A stretch of DNA of 64,000 nt from an uncultured Candidatus Rokubacteria bacterium (GTDB lineage: Bacteria; Methylomirabilota; Methylomirabilia; Rokubacteriales; CSP1-6): the NCBI GenBank assembly GCA_963762145.1, contig CAVXJS010000016.1, forward strand, positions 1-64,000, read 5' to 3'. Below, piece after piece: positions 12,392 to 22,340 of the stretch (positions are counted from its first letter, which is position 1; every line of letters begins with the position of its first letter). A model generated the notes under the pieces. It worked only from the letters and a program-made list of their open reading frames with translations, was not told where the DNA came from and did no database searches. The translations under genes were made by a program, and so were the position numbers.

Positions 12392-13387
12392 TTACCCGAG
12401 GATCGGTTGCGCGAGCTGCGCCAGGGAGACCATCGGCCGGGCGCCCACGTGCGCGATGACCTCCGCGGCGGCCAGCGAGCCGAGGCGACCGCACGTCGGC
12501 AGGTCGAGGCCCTGGCTGAGCCCGTAGAGCACGCCGGCCGCGTAGAGATCGCCCGCGCCCGTCGTGTCCACCACCGCCGCGACCGGATGCGCGGGCACCG
12601 CGTGCGCCTGTCCTCCCGCGAGGATCACCGAGCCCTTCTCGCTCCGGGTCAGCGCGGCGATCTCGCAGTGCCCGCCCACGCGGGCCGCGGCGCCGTCGAA
12701 GTCGCCCACCTCGTACAGCGCGCAGATCTCGGCCTCGTTGGCGAACAGGATGTCGACGTGATGATCGACCAGATCGAGGAAGGCCTTGCGATGGCGCCCC
12801 ACGCAGAAGGGATCCGACAGGGTGAGCGAGACCTTGCGCCCGGCTGCGTGGGCGATCGCCGCGGCGGCCCGGAACGCCTCCTGGGCCTCGGGCGGATCGA
12901 AGAGGTAACCCTCGAGGTACAGGATCCGGGCGCGGGTGATCAGGCTCCGGTCGATGTCGGCCGGGCCGAGCCGTACCGACGCGCCGAGGAACGTGCTCAT
13001 GGTGCGCTGGGCGTCGGGCGTGACCAGGATGAGGCAGCGCCCGGTGGGCGGGCCGTCGGTGGCGCGCGGCGTGTCGTAGCCCACGCCGGTGGCGCGCAGG
13101 TCGTGGCCGAACACCTCGCCGAGCTGATCGTCGCGGACCTTGCCGACGTAGTGCGCCCGCCCTCCGAAGGAGGCCACGCCGACCACCGTGTTGGCGGCCG
13201 AGCCGCCCGACATCTCGAGTCCCGGCCCCATCGCGCCGTAGAGCTCGCGGGCGCGCGGCTCGTCCACGAGGTGCATGGTCCCCTTGGCCAGGCCCTGCTG
13301 CGCGAGGAACGCGTCCTCCGCCTGGCTCAGCACGTCCACCAGCGCGTTGCCGATGCCGACGACGTCGAGCTCGCCCCGATCAGCCAC
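12392..13387 (-). CDS. PfkB-family (adenosine kinase-like) kinase
   Basis: GIGNALVD, SGGSAANT, LFANEAE and DTTGAGDLYAAG. Confidence 0.88.
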   Translation of the reverse strand: MADRGELDVVGIGNALVDVLSQAEDAFLAQQGLAKGTMHLVDEPRARELYGAMGPGLEMSGGSAANTVVGVASFGGRAHYVGKVRDDQLGEVFGHDLRATGVGYDTPRATDGPPTGRCLILVTPDAQRTMSTFLGASVRLGPADIDRSLITRARILYLEGYLFDPPEAQEAFRAAAAIAHAAGRKVSLTLSDPFCVGRHRKAFLDLVDHHVDILFANEAEICALYEVGDFDGAAARVGGHCEIAALTRSEKGSVILAGGQAHAVPAHPVAAVVDTTGAGDLYAAGVLYGLSQGLDLPTCGRLGSLAAAEVIAHVGARPMVSLAQLAQPILG

Positions 13388-14291
13388 GGCGTGCCTTGCC
13401 CTTCGGCGGAAAGTAGCGATCGAGCAGCAGCCCGAGCCGCTTGCGGGTGCGCGGCGGGAAGACCTTGGGCGACGTGATCACCGCGCTGGCCAGCGCGTCG
13501 CCGCAGCCCGCGCCGCAGGTCTTGCCCACCCGCGGGATCACGCGCTTGAGCACGACCTTGGCGGTGGCCACGTTCTTGAGGAGGTTGGCCACGACCGCCT
13601 CGACCGTCACCGCGGCGTGGTTCTCGTGCCACACGTCGTAGTCGGTGGCCAGCGCCAGGGTGGCGTAGCAGAGCTCGGCCTCGCGGGCCAGCTTGGCCTC
13701 CGGCATGTTCGTCATGCCGATGACCGAGACGCCCCAGCGACGATAGATCTGCGACTCGCCCCGGGTGGAGAACTGCGGCCCCTCGATGCAGATGTAGGTG
13801 CCGCCGCGGTGCACCCGCGCCCCCGCCTCCCTGCCCCCGGTCTCGAGCAGGTCCCCGAGCGCGGGGCAGACCGGCTCGGCCATGCCGACGTGGCCCACGA
13901 TGCCGTCCCCGAAGAAGGTCGAGACGCGGCGTTTGGTGTGATCGTAGAACTGGTCGGGGATCACGAGGTCCAGCGGGTGGATCTCCTCCTTCATGCTCCC
14001 CACCGCGCTCACCGAGATGACCCAGCGGGCGCCCAGGGCCTTGAGCCCGTAGATATTGGCCCGGTAGTTGATCTCGGTGGGGGTGATCCGGTGGCCGCGC
14101 CCGTGTCGGGGCAGGAAGATCACGCGGCGGTCGCCGAGCCGCCCCGTGCAGTAGGCGTCCGACGGATCGCCAAACGGGGTGCGCACGCGCACCCAGCGCA
14201 AATCCTCGATCCCCTCCATCTCGTAGAGCCCGCTGCCTCCGATGACGCCCAGCGCGGGCTCCTCGCCCGCCCTCGCCCTGGCCGCGCTCAT
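13380..14291 (-). CDS. mtnP: S-methyl-5'-thioadenosine phosphorylase
   Basis: ATG 14291; GVIGGSG, TPFG.PSD, RHGRGH, NYRANI, EGPQFSTRGES, GMTNMPEAKLARE and TDYDVW. Confidence 0.92.
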   Translation of the reverse strand: MSAARARAGEEPALGVIGGSGLYEMEGIEDLRWVRVRTPFGDPSDAYCTGRLGDRRVIFLPRHGRGHRITPTEINYRANIYGLKALGARWVISVSAVGSMKEEIHPLDLVIPDQFYDHTKRRVSTFFGDGIVGHVGMAEPVCPALGDLLETGGREAGARVHRGGTYICIEGPQFSTRGESQIYRRWGVSVIGMTNMPEAKLAREAELCYATLALATDYDVWHENHAAVTVEAVVANLLKNVATAKVVLKRVIPRVGKTCGAGCGDALASAVITSPKVFPPRTRKRLGLLLDRYFPPKGKARRG

Positions 14292-15609
14292 GTCCCGATC
14301 TCCTCGAGCTGCCCGTGGGTGCGGTCCGCGCGGGCCTCCGTGATCGTGAGGGGAACGAGCCGGCGGCAGAGCGTGTCGGGGCCTTCGAAGAGCACCTCGA
14401 CGTAGTTGTCGGTGAGGCCCGCGAGCAGCCCGGTGGCCCGATCGCGCGCGGCGAGCACCACCGCCTCGCGCCGGCGGCCGACCAGCCCCTCGCGGAAAGC
14501 CAGGTTCTTCCGGGCGCCCAGCCGCCGTAGCCGCCCGCTTCGCTCCCGGATCACGGTCGGCGATACGTGGTCCGGCCGGCGCGCCGCCTCGGTCCCCTTC
14601 CGGTCCGAGTAGGCGAAGACGTGGAGCGACGAGAACGGCAGCGCCTCCACGAAGCGCATCGTGGCTTCGAAGTCCTCCTCGGTCTCTCCCGGGTGCCCCA
14701 CGATCACGTCGGCGCCGAGGCCCAGGTCCGGAATCGCGGCGGTCAGCCGGTCCACGAGGGCCCGGTACATGGTGGTGTGGTAGGGCCGACGCATCAGTCG
14801 TAGCACGCGGTCGCTCCCGCTCTGGAGCGGCAGGTGCAGATGCGGCGCGATCACCGGCAGCGTCGTCACCGCGTCGAGCAGCTCGGCCGTGAAGTAGGAC
14901 GGCAGCACCGAGGAGAGACGCAGCCGGCGGAGCCCGTCCACCCGCCCGAGCTCCCGGAGCAGGGCGGCCAGGGAGGTGCGGGGCTCGAGGTCCCAGCCGT
15001 AGTGGCCGATGTCCACCCCGGTGAGGGTGACGTCGAGGTCGCCGCGGGCCACGAGGGCCCGCACCTGGTCGAGCACGACGCGGGACTCCTGGCTCCGGCT
15101 CCGCCCGCGCGCGGCCGGCACGATGCAGAACGCGCAGCGGTGCTGGCAGCCGTCCTGGATCTTCACGAAGCCGCGCGATCGGCCCGGCGCGCGTGCCAGA
15201 GGCGCGACCGGAATCTCGCGCGCCCCGTCGATGTCGGCCACCGCCACCGTGGGCCGCGCCGGCCGGGTGAGCGAGCCGAGCAGCTCGGGCAGGCGGTACT
15301 TCTCCTGATTGCCCACGACCAGGTGCACTCCGGGAATCGCGGCAGCCGCCTCCGGGTTGGTCTGAGCGTAGCAGCCGGTCACGACCAGGTACGCGTCCGG
15401 GTTCTCGCGGCCGATGCGGCGGATGAGCTGGCGATCGGAGAAGTCCGCGCGGCCGGTCACGGTGCAGGTATTGATCACGCACACCTGCGCCGCGGCCGCC
15501 GCCTCCACCACCCGGAACCCGCGCCCTTCCAGCAGCGCGCCGATCTCCCGGGACTCCACCTGGTTGAGCCGGCAGCCGAGGGTGGCCAGCGCCACCGTCA
15601 CCGGCCCGC

Positions 15610-15613
<4 letters not shown>
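14288..15613 (-). CDS. mtaB: tRNA t6A methylthiotransferase MtaB
   Basis: ATG 15613; TLGCRLNQ.ES, NTCTVT, TGCYAQ, KIQDGCQHRCAFCIVP and HLPLQSGSD. Confidence 0.9.
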
Positions 15614-16647
<1,034 letters not shown>

Positions 16648-16794
16648 ACGCACCGTCGGATAGTAGCACAGGGCTCCGGCGCGCACCCGGCGCCTGCCCC
16701 CCGGGCGCGTGCGGCGGTCACCTCTTGACAGGCTCCTCGCTCACGCGTAATGAAGCAGGGCGACAGATCGACACGGCAGAGAGGAGTAGCATCG

Positions 16795-17313
16795 ATGGCC
16801 TTCCGGGACACGGCTAAGGACTTCACCCAAAATCTCCCGAAGCACCGGGACAACCTCTTCTACAACACCGACGGGTTCGTCGGTCCGGCAAACGCGCCGG
16901 GCATCCATCGGGGGTCCCGAAACAAGACGGACGACGTGATGCTGGTCCAGCACTTCTTGAAAGTCGTGGCGATGAATCCGTCGAAGTTCAAGAACCCGTT
17001 CAAGGCGCCCAAGAAGTTCCCGGTCGCGACGATGAAGGTCGACGGCGTCTACGGTGACATCACGGCGGCCTGGATCGTAGCCTTCCAGGAGCATATCAAA
17101 AGAGTTGGCATCAGCGTCTTCGTCGACGCGGTCGTCGACCGGGTGAGAAACGGTTCGCAGTTCTCTCCCAACAACTTCGTCTGGACCTTGGTGATGATCA
17201 ACGTTGCGATGGGCCAGGTGACGGGCGACGAGCTCTGGGACGCATGGTGGAAGGATTCCAGCGTGCCCGGTCTGCTCCGGGACCGCGTCAAAGACCCCTC
17301 CTCGTTCCTGTGA
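16795..17313 (+). CDS. Orphan protein with a peptidoglycan-binding (PG_binding_1-like) motif
   Basis: GAGGAG SD; DDVMLVQHFL...KVDGVYGDITAAWIVAFQ; visibly more A/T-rich codons than neighbours. Confidence 0.65.
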   Translation: MAFRDTAKDFTQNLPKHRDNLFYNTDGFVGPANAPGIHRGSRNKTDDVMLVQHFLKVVAMNPSKFKNPFKAPKKFPVATMKVDGVYGDITAAWIVAFQEHIKRVGISVFVDAVVDRVRNGSQFSPNNFVWTLVMINVAMGQVTGDELWDAWWKDSSVPGLLRDRVKDPSSFL

Positions 17314-17457
17314 TCCTGGTTCCTTGTTTGCAAGAGAATTACGGGGGCGTTACGGTAGTGCACAATTTCCGCGAATGGGCCGTGGATAACCCGGTGGGCT
17401 CGCGCGAGTCCGGCACGAAATTCCGCACACTAAGAGCGAGTCGCCTTCTTTGGAGGC

Positions 17458-17478
17458 AATCGCCGGTGAACGGCGATT
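17458..17478. terminator. Hairpin downstream of the ABC binding-protein gene
   Basis: AATCGCCG-GTGAA-CGGCGATT between convergent genes; no clear U-tract. Confidence 0.3.
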
Positions 17479-17485
17479 CGGCAGC

Positions 17486-18976
17486 CTACTTGAGCGACGC
17501 CTCGTGCAGCAACATCCACTGGTCGCCCCGCGGCGTCCACGTCACGCGGTCGCGCGTGGCATAGATGTCGACCTGCTGCATCAGGAAGACCCACGTGGCG
17601 TCCTCGACCATCGCGCGGGCGAGAGCGGCGTAGATCTTCCGGCGCCTGGCCGGGTCCATGGTCGACCGGCCGGCGTCGAAAAGCGCGTCCACCTTCTCGT
17701 TCTTGTAGTACAGACCGCGGCCCTTCGAGGAGACCAGGTTGTATAGCTCGTCGCCGTCCTGCATCGGTCCGCCGAGCCCCAGGAGATAGGCGTCCGGGAA
17801 CTGCTTGCCGAGGTAGCGCTTGAAGTAGGCGCCCCATTCGGCGACCTGCACCTTGGGCTTGAATCCCGCTTTCTGCCACTGCCCACCGAGGGCCTCCGCG
17901 ATCTCCTTGTCACCCTGATAGCGTCCCGCCGGCGCGTCGAGGGTGATCTCGAGCCCGTCCGGGTAGCCGGCGTCCGCCAGCAGCCGACGCGCGCGCGCGG
18001 GATCGGTCGCATAGCCCTTCACCGAGGGGTCGAAGCCGAACATCTGCGGGGTGAACGGTCCGTCCAGGCGGCGGCCGTTTCCATCCAGGACGCTCTTCAC
18101 GAGCGCGTCGGTGTCGGTGGCGTAGTTGAGGGCCTGGCGCACGCGAGTGTCCGACAGCGGCTTCTTGAGGGCGTTGAGCCCCAGATAGATGATCCAGGTG
18201 CTCGGCACGCGGTGCACCCGGATGCCCGGGGCGCGCTCGAGCTCACCCGCCAGGTTCGGGGGTACCGTGTCGATCACGTCCACCTCGTTGTTCCGGAGCG
18301 CGGCCGCGCGGGTGAAGGGCTCGGGGATGGGCTTGTAGACGATGCGCCGGATCCGGGGAGCGCCCCGCCAGTGCCGGTCGAAGGCCTCGACGATCATGTG
18401 ATCGTCCTTGACCAGCTCCACGAACTTGAAGGGTCCGGTGCCCACCGGCCGGAGGGCCAGCCCCTGGTTGCCCTTCTCGGTGGTGTACTTTGGCGGCACG
18501 ATCGGAAAGTCGATCAGCCGGTTCAGCAACGGCGCATAGGGCTGCCGAAGCACCAGGTTCACGGTGTAATCGTCCACCACCTCCACCCGCGCGACCTCCC
18601 CCACGTTGGCGCGGTTCGGCGACTTCTGGTTCGGGTCGAGCACCCGCTCGAACGTGAACCGCACCGCCTCGGCGTTGAACGGCTCGCCGTTGTGGAAGAC
18701 GACGCCGCGGCGGAGCTTGAGCTGGAGCGTGAGGTCGTCGAGCGCCTTCCACGATTCTGCGAGCTGGGGCGCGATTCGGTTCTCGGCGTCGCGGCCGACC
18801 AGGGAATCGAAGATGTTCACGCCCACCTTGGCCCGGATGGACGAGAGGTTCATCGTGGGGTCGAGGTTCTCGGGCGTCCACGGCAGCGCGACCCGGAGCT
18901 CGCCCGGTGACTGGGCGCCCGCCGGACCGGCCGAGAGCAGCCCCCCGAGGGCCACGATCAGCCCCAGCGCCCTCAT
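17486..18976 (-). CDS. Peptide/nickel ABC transporter substrate-binding protein (family 5), stand-alone
   Basis: Signal peptide MRALGLIVALGG..AGA; LAESW, LRRGVVFHNGEPF.AEAV, PVGTGPFK and RVRQALNYA. Confidence 0.9.
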   Translation of the reverse strand: MRALGLIVALGGLLSAGPAGAQSPGELRVALPWTPENLDPTMNLSSIRAKVGVNIFDSLVGRDAENRIAPQLAESWKALDDLTLQLKLRRGVVFHNGEPFNAEAVRFTFERVLDPNQKSPNRANVGEVARVEVVDDYTVNLVLRQPYAPLLNRLIDFPIVPPKYTTEKGNQGLALRPVGTGPFKFVELVKDDHMIVEAFDRHWRGAPRIRRIVYKPIPEPFTRAAALRNNEVDVIDTVPPNLAGELERAPGIRVHRVPSTWIIYLGLNALKKPLSDTRVRQALNYATDTDALVKSVLDGNGRRLDGPFTPQMFGFDPSVKGYATDPARARRLLADAGYPDGLEITLDAPAGRYQGDKEIAEALGGQWQKAGFKPKVQVAEWGAYFKRYLGKQFPDAYLLGLGGPMQDGDELYNLVSSKGRGLYYKNEKVDALFDAGRSTMDPARRRKIYAALARAMVEDATWVFLMQQVDIYATRDRVTWTPRGDQWMLLHEASLK

Positions 18977-19048
18977 GGCACCGCCTTGACCGCCGCGGGC
19001 ACCGCGGCCAGGTGCGCGTCCAGCCAGCACGCGCTCGCGCTTGGTCAT
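18973..19048 (-). pseudogene. Possible deletion scar of a uroporphyrinogen-decarboxylase-family gene
   Basis: MTKRERVLA start joined out of frame to DAHLAAVPAAVKAVP*, whose TGA overlaps the binding-protein ATG. Confidence 0.3.
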
Positions 19049-19114
19049 GATGCGGCGGAGTCTACCACGCGGGTCTCGGTCCGTCCCCACCGCCCGGCGG
19101 CTTTTGTTGCGTCG

Positions 19115-19142
19115 GGAACTTCCGCGCCGCGGTATGGTCTTA
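19115..19142 (+). promoter_or_regulatory. SigmaE-type (ECF) promoter upstream of the sigma gene
   Basis: GGAACTT-N16-TCTTA; matches the second copy at 20792. Confidence 0.7.
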
Positions 19143-19144
19143 CC

Positions 19145-19705
19145 GTGCGAGAGGCGGAGGCAGGCGACGCGCCGCGCTTCCTGGACCGGCTTCGCGCCGG
19201 CGACGCCCCCGCCTTCGAGGAGCTGGTGATGACGTACCAGCATCGCGTCTTCGGGGTGGCCCTTCGCATGCTGGGCAATGCGGCCGAGGCGGAAGAAGTG
19301 GCGCAGGAGGCCTTCGTTCGCGCCCATCGCGCGCTCGGTGATTTTCGCGGTGACGCCAAGCTCTCGACCTGGCTCTACGCCATCACCTCGCGCCTCTGCC
19401 TGAACCGGCTCGCCACCGGCGAGCGCCGTCTGACGCGCGAGGGCGAGGAGGCGCTGCTGCGTCTGTCGGACGCGGGCCCGCGCCCGGACGCGGCGCTCGA
19501 GCGGCGCGAGCTCGAGAGCGCGCTCGGGCGGGCGATCGCCGAGCTGCCGGAGGACCGGCGTATCGTGGTGGTGCTGCGCGACATCGAGGGCCTCTCCTAC
19601 GAGGAGATCGCGCAGGTGCTGGAGCTCGAGCTCGGAACGGTGCGCTCCCGCCTGCATCGGGCGCGGGCGGACTTGAAGGAGAAGCTGGAGCGATTCCTGC
19701 CATGA
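19145..19705 (+). CDS. ECF RNA polymerase sigma factor (RpoE/SigW-like)
   Basis: AEEVAQEAFVRA, STWLYAI, LRDIEGLSYEEIA and GTVRSRLHRAR. Start uncertain (GTG 19145 or later). Confidence 0.9.
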   Translation: MREAEAGDAPRFLDRLRAGDAPAFEELVMTYQHRVFGVALRMLGNAAEAEEVAQEAFVRAHRALGDFRGDAKLSTWLYAITSRLCLNRLATGERRLTREGEEALLRLSDAGPRPDAALERRELESALGRAIAELPEDRRIVVVLRDIEGLSYEEIAQVLELELGTVRSRLHRARADLKEKLERFLP

Positions 19706-20787
19706 CCTGTGACGAGACGCGCGACACGCTGTCGGCCTACCTCGACGAGGCCCTCGCCCCGGACGAGCGACGCCTGGTCGACGCCCACCTCGAGGGCTGC
19801 GCCGAGTGCCGGCGCGAGCTCGAGGCCGTGCGCGGCACGGTCGCGCTGCTGCAGCGGGTGGAGCCGGCGCGCGCGCCGGTGGGCTTCGTGGACCGCGTGG
19901 TGGCCGCCGCTCGGCCCCGGCCCTGGTATCGGCGCGTGGCGGACGCCGTGCTCCTGCCGCTGTCGGTCAAGCTGCCGCTGGAGGCCGCCGCGGTGCTGAT
20001 GGTGGGCCTGCTCGCGGTGTACCTCTTCGAGCGCACCCCGGAGCTGCGGCAGGCGGCCCGCGAGGTGGCCCCGCGCCAGGAGGCCGCCCCGCCGGCGAAG
20101 GAGATGGAAAAGGAGAAGCTCGCCGACAAGGCCGCCCCGTCGCCGGCCCCGTCCAGGCCCCCGGCCCCGGCCGAGAAGCCGTCGCGTGCGGCGGGCGAGC
20201 GGGATCGCGCTGATGCGTCTCGCGCGCAGGAGGTCAGCCCGTCGGTCCCCGCCTCCCCGCCCGCTGCGAGCGCCCCCTCCGCGCCGGCCGCCCCGCCGCC
20301 GCCGGCCCCTTCGCCACCCGCCGCGGCCCCTCCGTCCCCCGTGGTGGCCGTGCCCCCGCCGGAGCTCAAGTCGGGCGCGAAGACCGAGACTGCGCCGAGC
20401 GAGAACGTGGCCGGCGCCGCCCGCCCCGAGCCCGAGAGCCGTCAGCGGACCCTCTCTCCCACCGCCAGCGGGGACGCGGCCCGCGGGGCCGCGTCGTCGT
20501 CGAGGCTCGCCGCCAAGCGCACGCTGCCTCCCGCGGACGTCGTGGCTCGCGTGGCGGTCCAGGACCGCGACGCGGCGGAGCGCGAGCTCGGCGCGCTCGT
20601 CGCGCGCCTGGGCGGCAGCGTCACGCAGCGGCGGCGTGAGGACGAGGCCACCGTGGTCGAGGCGGTGATCCCGAATCCGCGCTACGCAGAGTTCTCGGAC
20701 AGCGTGGCGCGCATCGGCACGTGGCAGGTCGAGGCCCAGCGCACGGATCTCCCCGCCCAGGTTCACGTGATCCTGCGCCTGCAGTAG
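19702..20787 (+). CDS. Zinc-binding (zf-HC2/ZAS) anti-sigma factor with a TM segment and Pro/Ala-rich extracytoplasmic part
   Basis: LSAYLD...HLEGCAEC, a hydrophobic segment, and ATGA coupling to the sigma gene. Confidence 0.85.
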   Translation: MTCDETRDTLSAYLDEALAPDERRLVDAHLEGCAECRRELEAVRGTVALLQRVEPARAPVGFVDRVVAAARPRPWYRRVADAVLLPLSVKLPLEAAAVLMVGLLAVYLFERTPELRQAAREVAPRQEAAPPAKEMEKEKLADKAAPSPAPSRPPAPAEKPSRAAGERDRADASRAQEVSPSVPASPPAASAPSAPAAPPPPAPSPPAAAPPSPVVAVPPPELKSGAKTETAPSENVAGAARPEPESRQRTLSPTASGDAARGAASSSRLAAKRTLPPADVVARVAVQDRDAAERELGALVARLGGSVTQRRREDEATVVEAVIPNPRYAEFSDSVARIGTWQVEAQRTDLPAQVHVILRLQ

Positions 20788-20791
20788 CCCG

Positions 20792-20819
20792 GGAACTTCC
20801 CCCGGGTCCTCCGGTCTAA
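20792..20819 (+). promoter_or_regulatory. SigmaE-type (ECF) promoter upstream of the DUF4139 gene
   Basis: GGAACTT-N16-TCTAA. Confidence 0.7.
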
Positions 20820-20856
20820 CCGGACAGCCACAGTCATCCGGATCCTGGAGGACACG

Positions 20857-22275
20857 ATGAGAGCCTTTCCGAAACGCCTGATCGCCTTCACCCTCGCCGG
20901 TCTGCTCGGCGCGGCCCCGGTCGCCGGCGCGGCGCCGGTCAAGATCACCGCCGCCGAGCAGCGCGACGTCATGATCACGGTCTACAACAGCAACCTGGGC
21001 CTCGTGAAGGACGTGCGAGAGGTCCGGCTCGACGGCGGGCTGATCGAGGCCCACTTCATGGACGTGGCGGCCCAGATCGATCCCACCTCCGTGCTGCTGC
21101 GCTCGCTCACCGACGCGAGCGGCCTCAAGATCGTCGAGCAGAACTACGAGTACGACCTGCTCTCCAGTGAGAAGCTCATGGAGAAGTACCTGGGCCGGAA
21201 GGTGCGCCTCTACCAGAGCAACGGTACGTTCCAGGAGGCGACCCTGCTCTCCACCCGGGGCCCGGTGTACGACATCAACGGCCAGATCCACATGGGGCAC
21301 TTCGGCAGCGTGGTGCTGCCCGCCCTGCCCGAGAACCTGGTGTCGAAGCCGACGCTGGCCTGGCTGCTGCGCAACATGCGTCCGGCGTCCCAGCGGGTGG
21401 AGGCGTCCTATCTGACCGCCGGCATCAGCTGGAAGTCCGACTACGTGATGCTCATCAACGCGGCCGACTCGCGCGCCGATCTCACCGGCTGGGTCACCAT
21501 CAACAACCAGAGCGGCGCGACCTACCGGGACGCCGCGCTGAAGCTCGTCGCGGGCGACGTCAACCGGGCCGCGAGCCGGGACGACTCGCGCCGGGCGATG
21601 GAGATCGCCGCGAAGGCGGCGTCCCCCGCGGTGGCCGACCGCGAGTTCAAGTCGGAGGGCTTCTTCGAGTACCACCTCTACACCCTGGACGGTCGCACCA
21701 CCATCAAGGAGAGCCAGACCAAGCAGCTCACCCTCCTGTCGGCGACGGACTTTCCGGTGGAGAAGCAGTTCATCTTCTACGGCGCCGCGAACTACCACCG
21801 GACGCAGTACGGGGTGCCGATCTCGAACCAGAAGGTCGGCGTGTACCTCGACATTCGCAACACGAAGGAGAATCGCCTCGGCGTGCCCCTGCCCAAGGGC
21901 AAGGTGCGGGTGTACAAGGCGGACGCCTCGGGGAGCCAGCAGCTCATCGGGGAGGACTGGATCGACCACACGCCGAAGGACGAGCGGGTGCGGATCAAGA
22001 TGGGCGAAGCCTTCGACGTGGTGGGCGAGCGCGTGCAGAAGGACTGGAAGAAGATCGGGAGCAACCTCTACGAGATCGAGTGGGAGATCACCCTCCGCAA
22101 CCACAAGAAGGAAGCGGTGACCGTGGAGGTGATCGAGCCCATGCCCGGGGACTGGGAGGTCCTGCGCGCTACCCATCCTCACGAGAAGCTCCAGGCCTTC
22201 ACGGCCCGGTGGAAGATCCCGGTGCCGAAGGAGGGCGCCGCCACCCTCGGCTACCGCACCCGGGTCCGCTTCTAG
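20857..22275 (+). CDS. Secreted DUF4139-domain protein
   Basis: Signal peptide; ITVYNSNLGLVKDVR, EQNYEYDL, SYLT.GISW..DY, EYHLY and PLPKGKVRVY. Confidence 0.82.
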   Translation: MRAFPKRLIAFTLAGLLGAAPVAGAAPVKITAAEQRDVMITVYNSNLGLVKDVREVRLDGGLIEAHFMDVAAQIDPTSVLLRSLTDASGLKIVEQNYEYDLLSSEKLMEKYLGRKVRLYQSNGTFQEATLLSTRGPVYDINGQIHMGHFGSVVLPALPENLVSKPTLAWLLRNMRPASQRVEASYLTAGISWKSDYVMLINAADSRADLTGWVTINNQSGATYRDAALKLVAGDVNRAASRDDSRRAMEIAAKAASPAVADREFKSEGFFEYHLYTLDGRTTIKESQTKQLTLLSATDFPVEKQFIFYGAANYHRTQYGVPISNQKVGVYLDIRNTKENRLGVPLPKGKVRVYKADASGSQQLIGEDWIDHTPKDERVRIKMGEAFDVVGERVQKDWKKIGSNLYEIEWEITLRNHKKEAVTVEVIEPMPGDWEVLRATHPHEKLQAFTARWKIPVPKEGAATLGYRTRVRF

Positions 22276-22290
22276 CCGGGTGGCTTCCGG

Positions 22291-22328
22291 TTGACAGGCG
22301 CTGCGGCTTAGGGGACCCTAAGCCGCAG
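22291..22328 (+). promoter_or_regulatory. TTGACA -35 with an overlapping palindrome CTGCGGCTTAGG-GGAC-CCTAAGCCGCAG (DtxR/SirR/MntR-box-like core)
   Basis: Perfect 12-bp arms; core TTAGG-N4-CCTAA at 22308-22321. Confidence 0.5.
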
Positions 22329-22340
22329 AGGCCTTTTCCG

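Noticed and set aside
17340-17430. Replication origin (DnaA-box-like GTGGATAAC near 17382)
   Set aside because: Only one near-match, no box cluster or AT-rich unwinding element, and no dnaA/dnaN context.
20080-20480. Low-complexity CCG-rich stretches (also 41570-41650) as repeat elements
   Set aside because: Explained by the Pro/Ala linker of the anti-sigma factor and the Gly-rich tail of the RRM protein.
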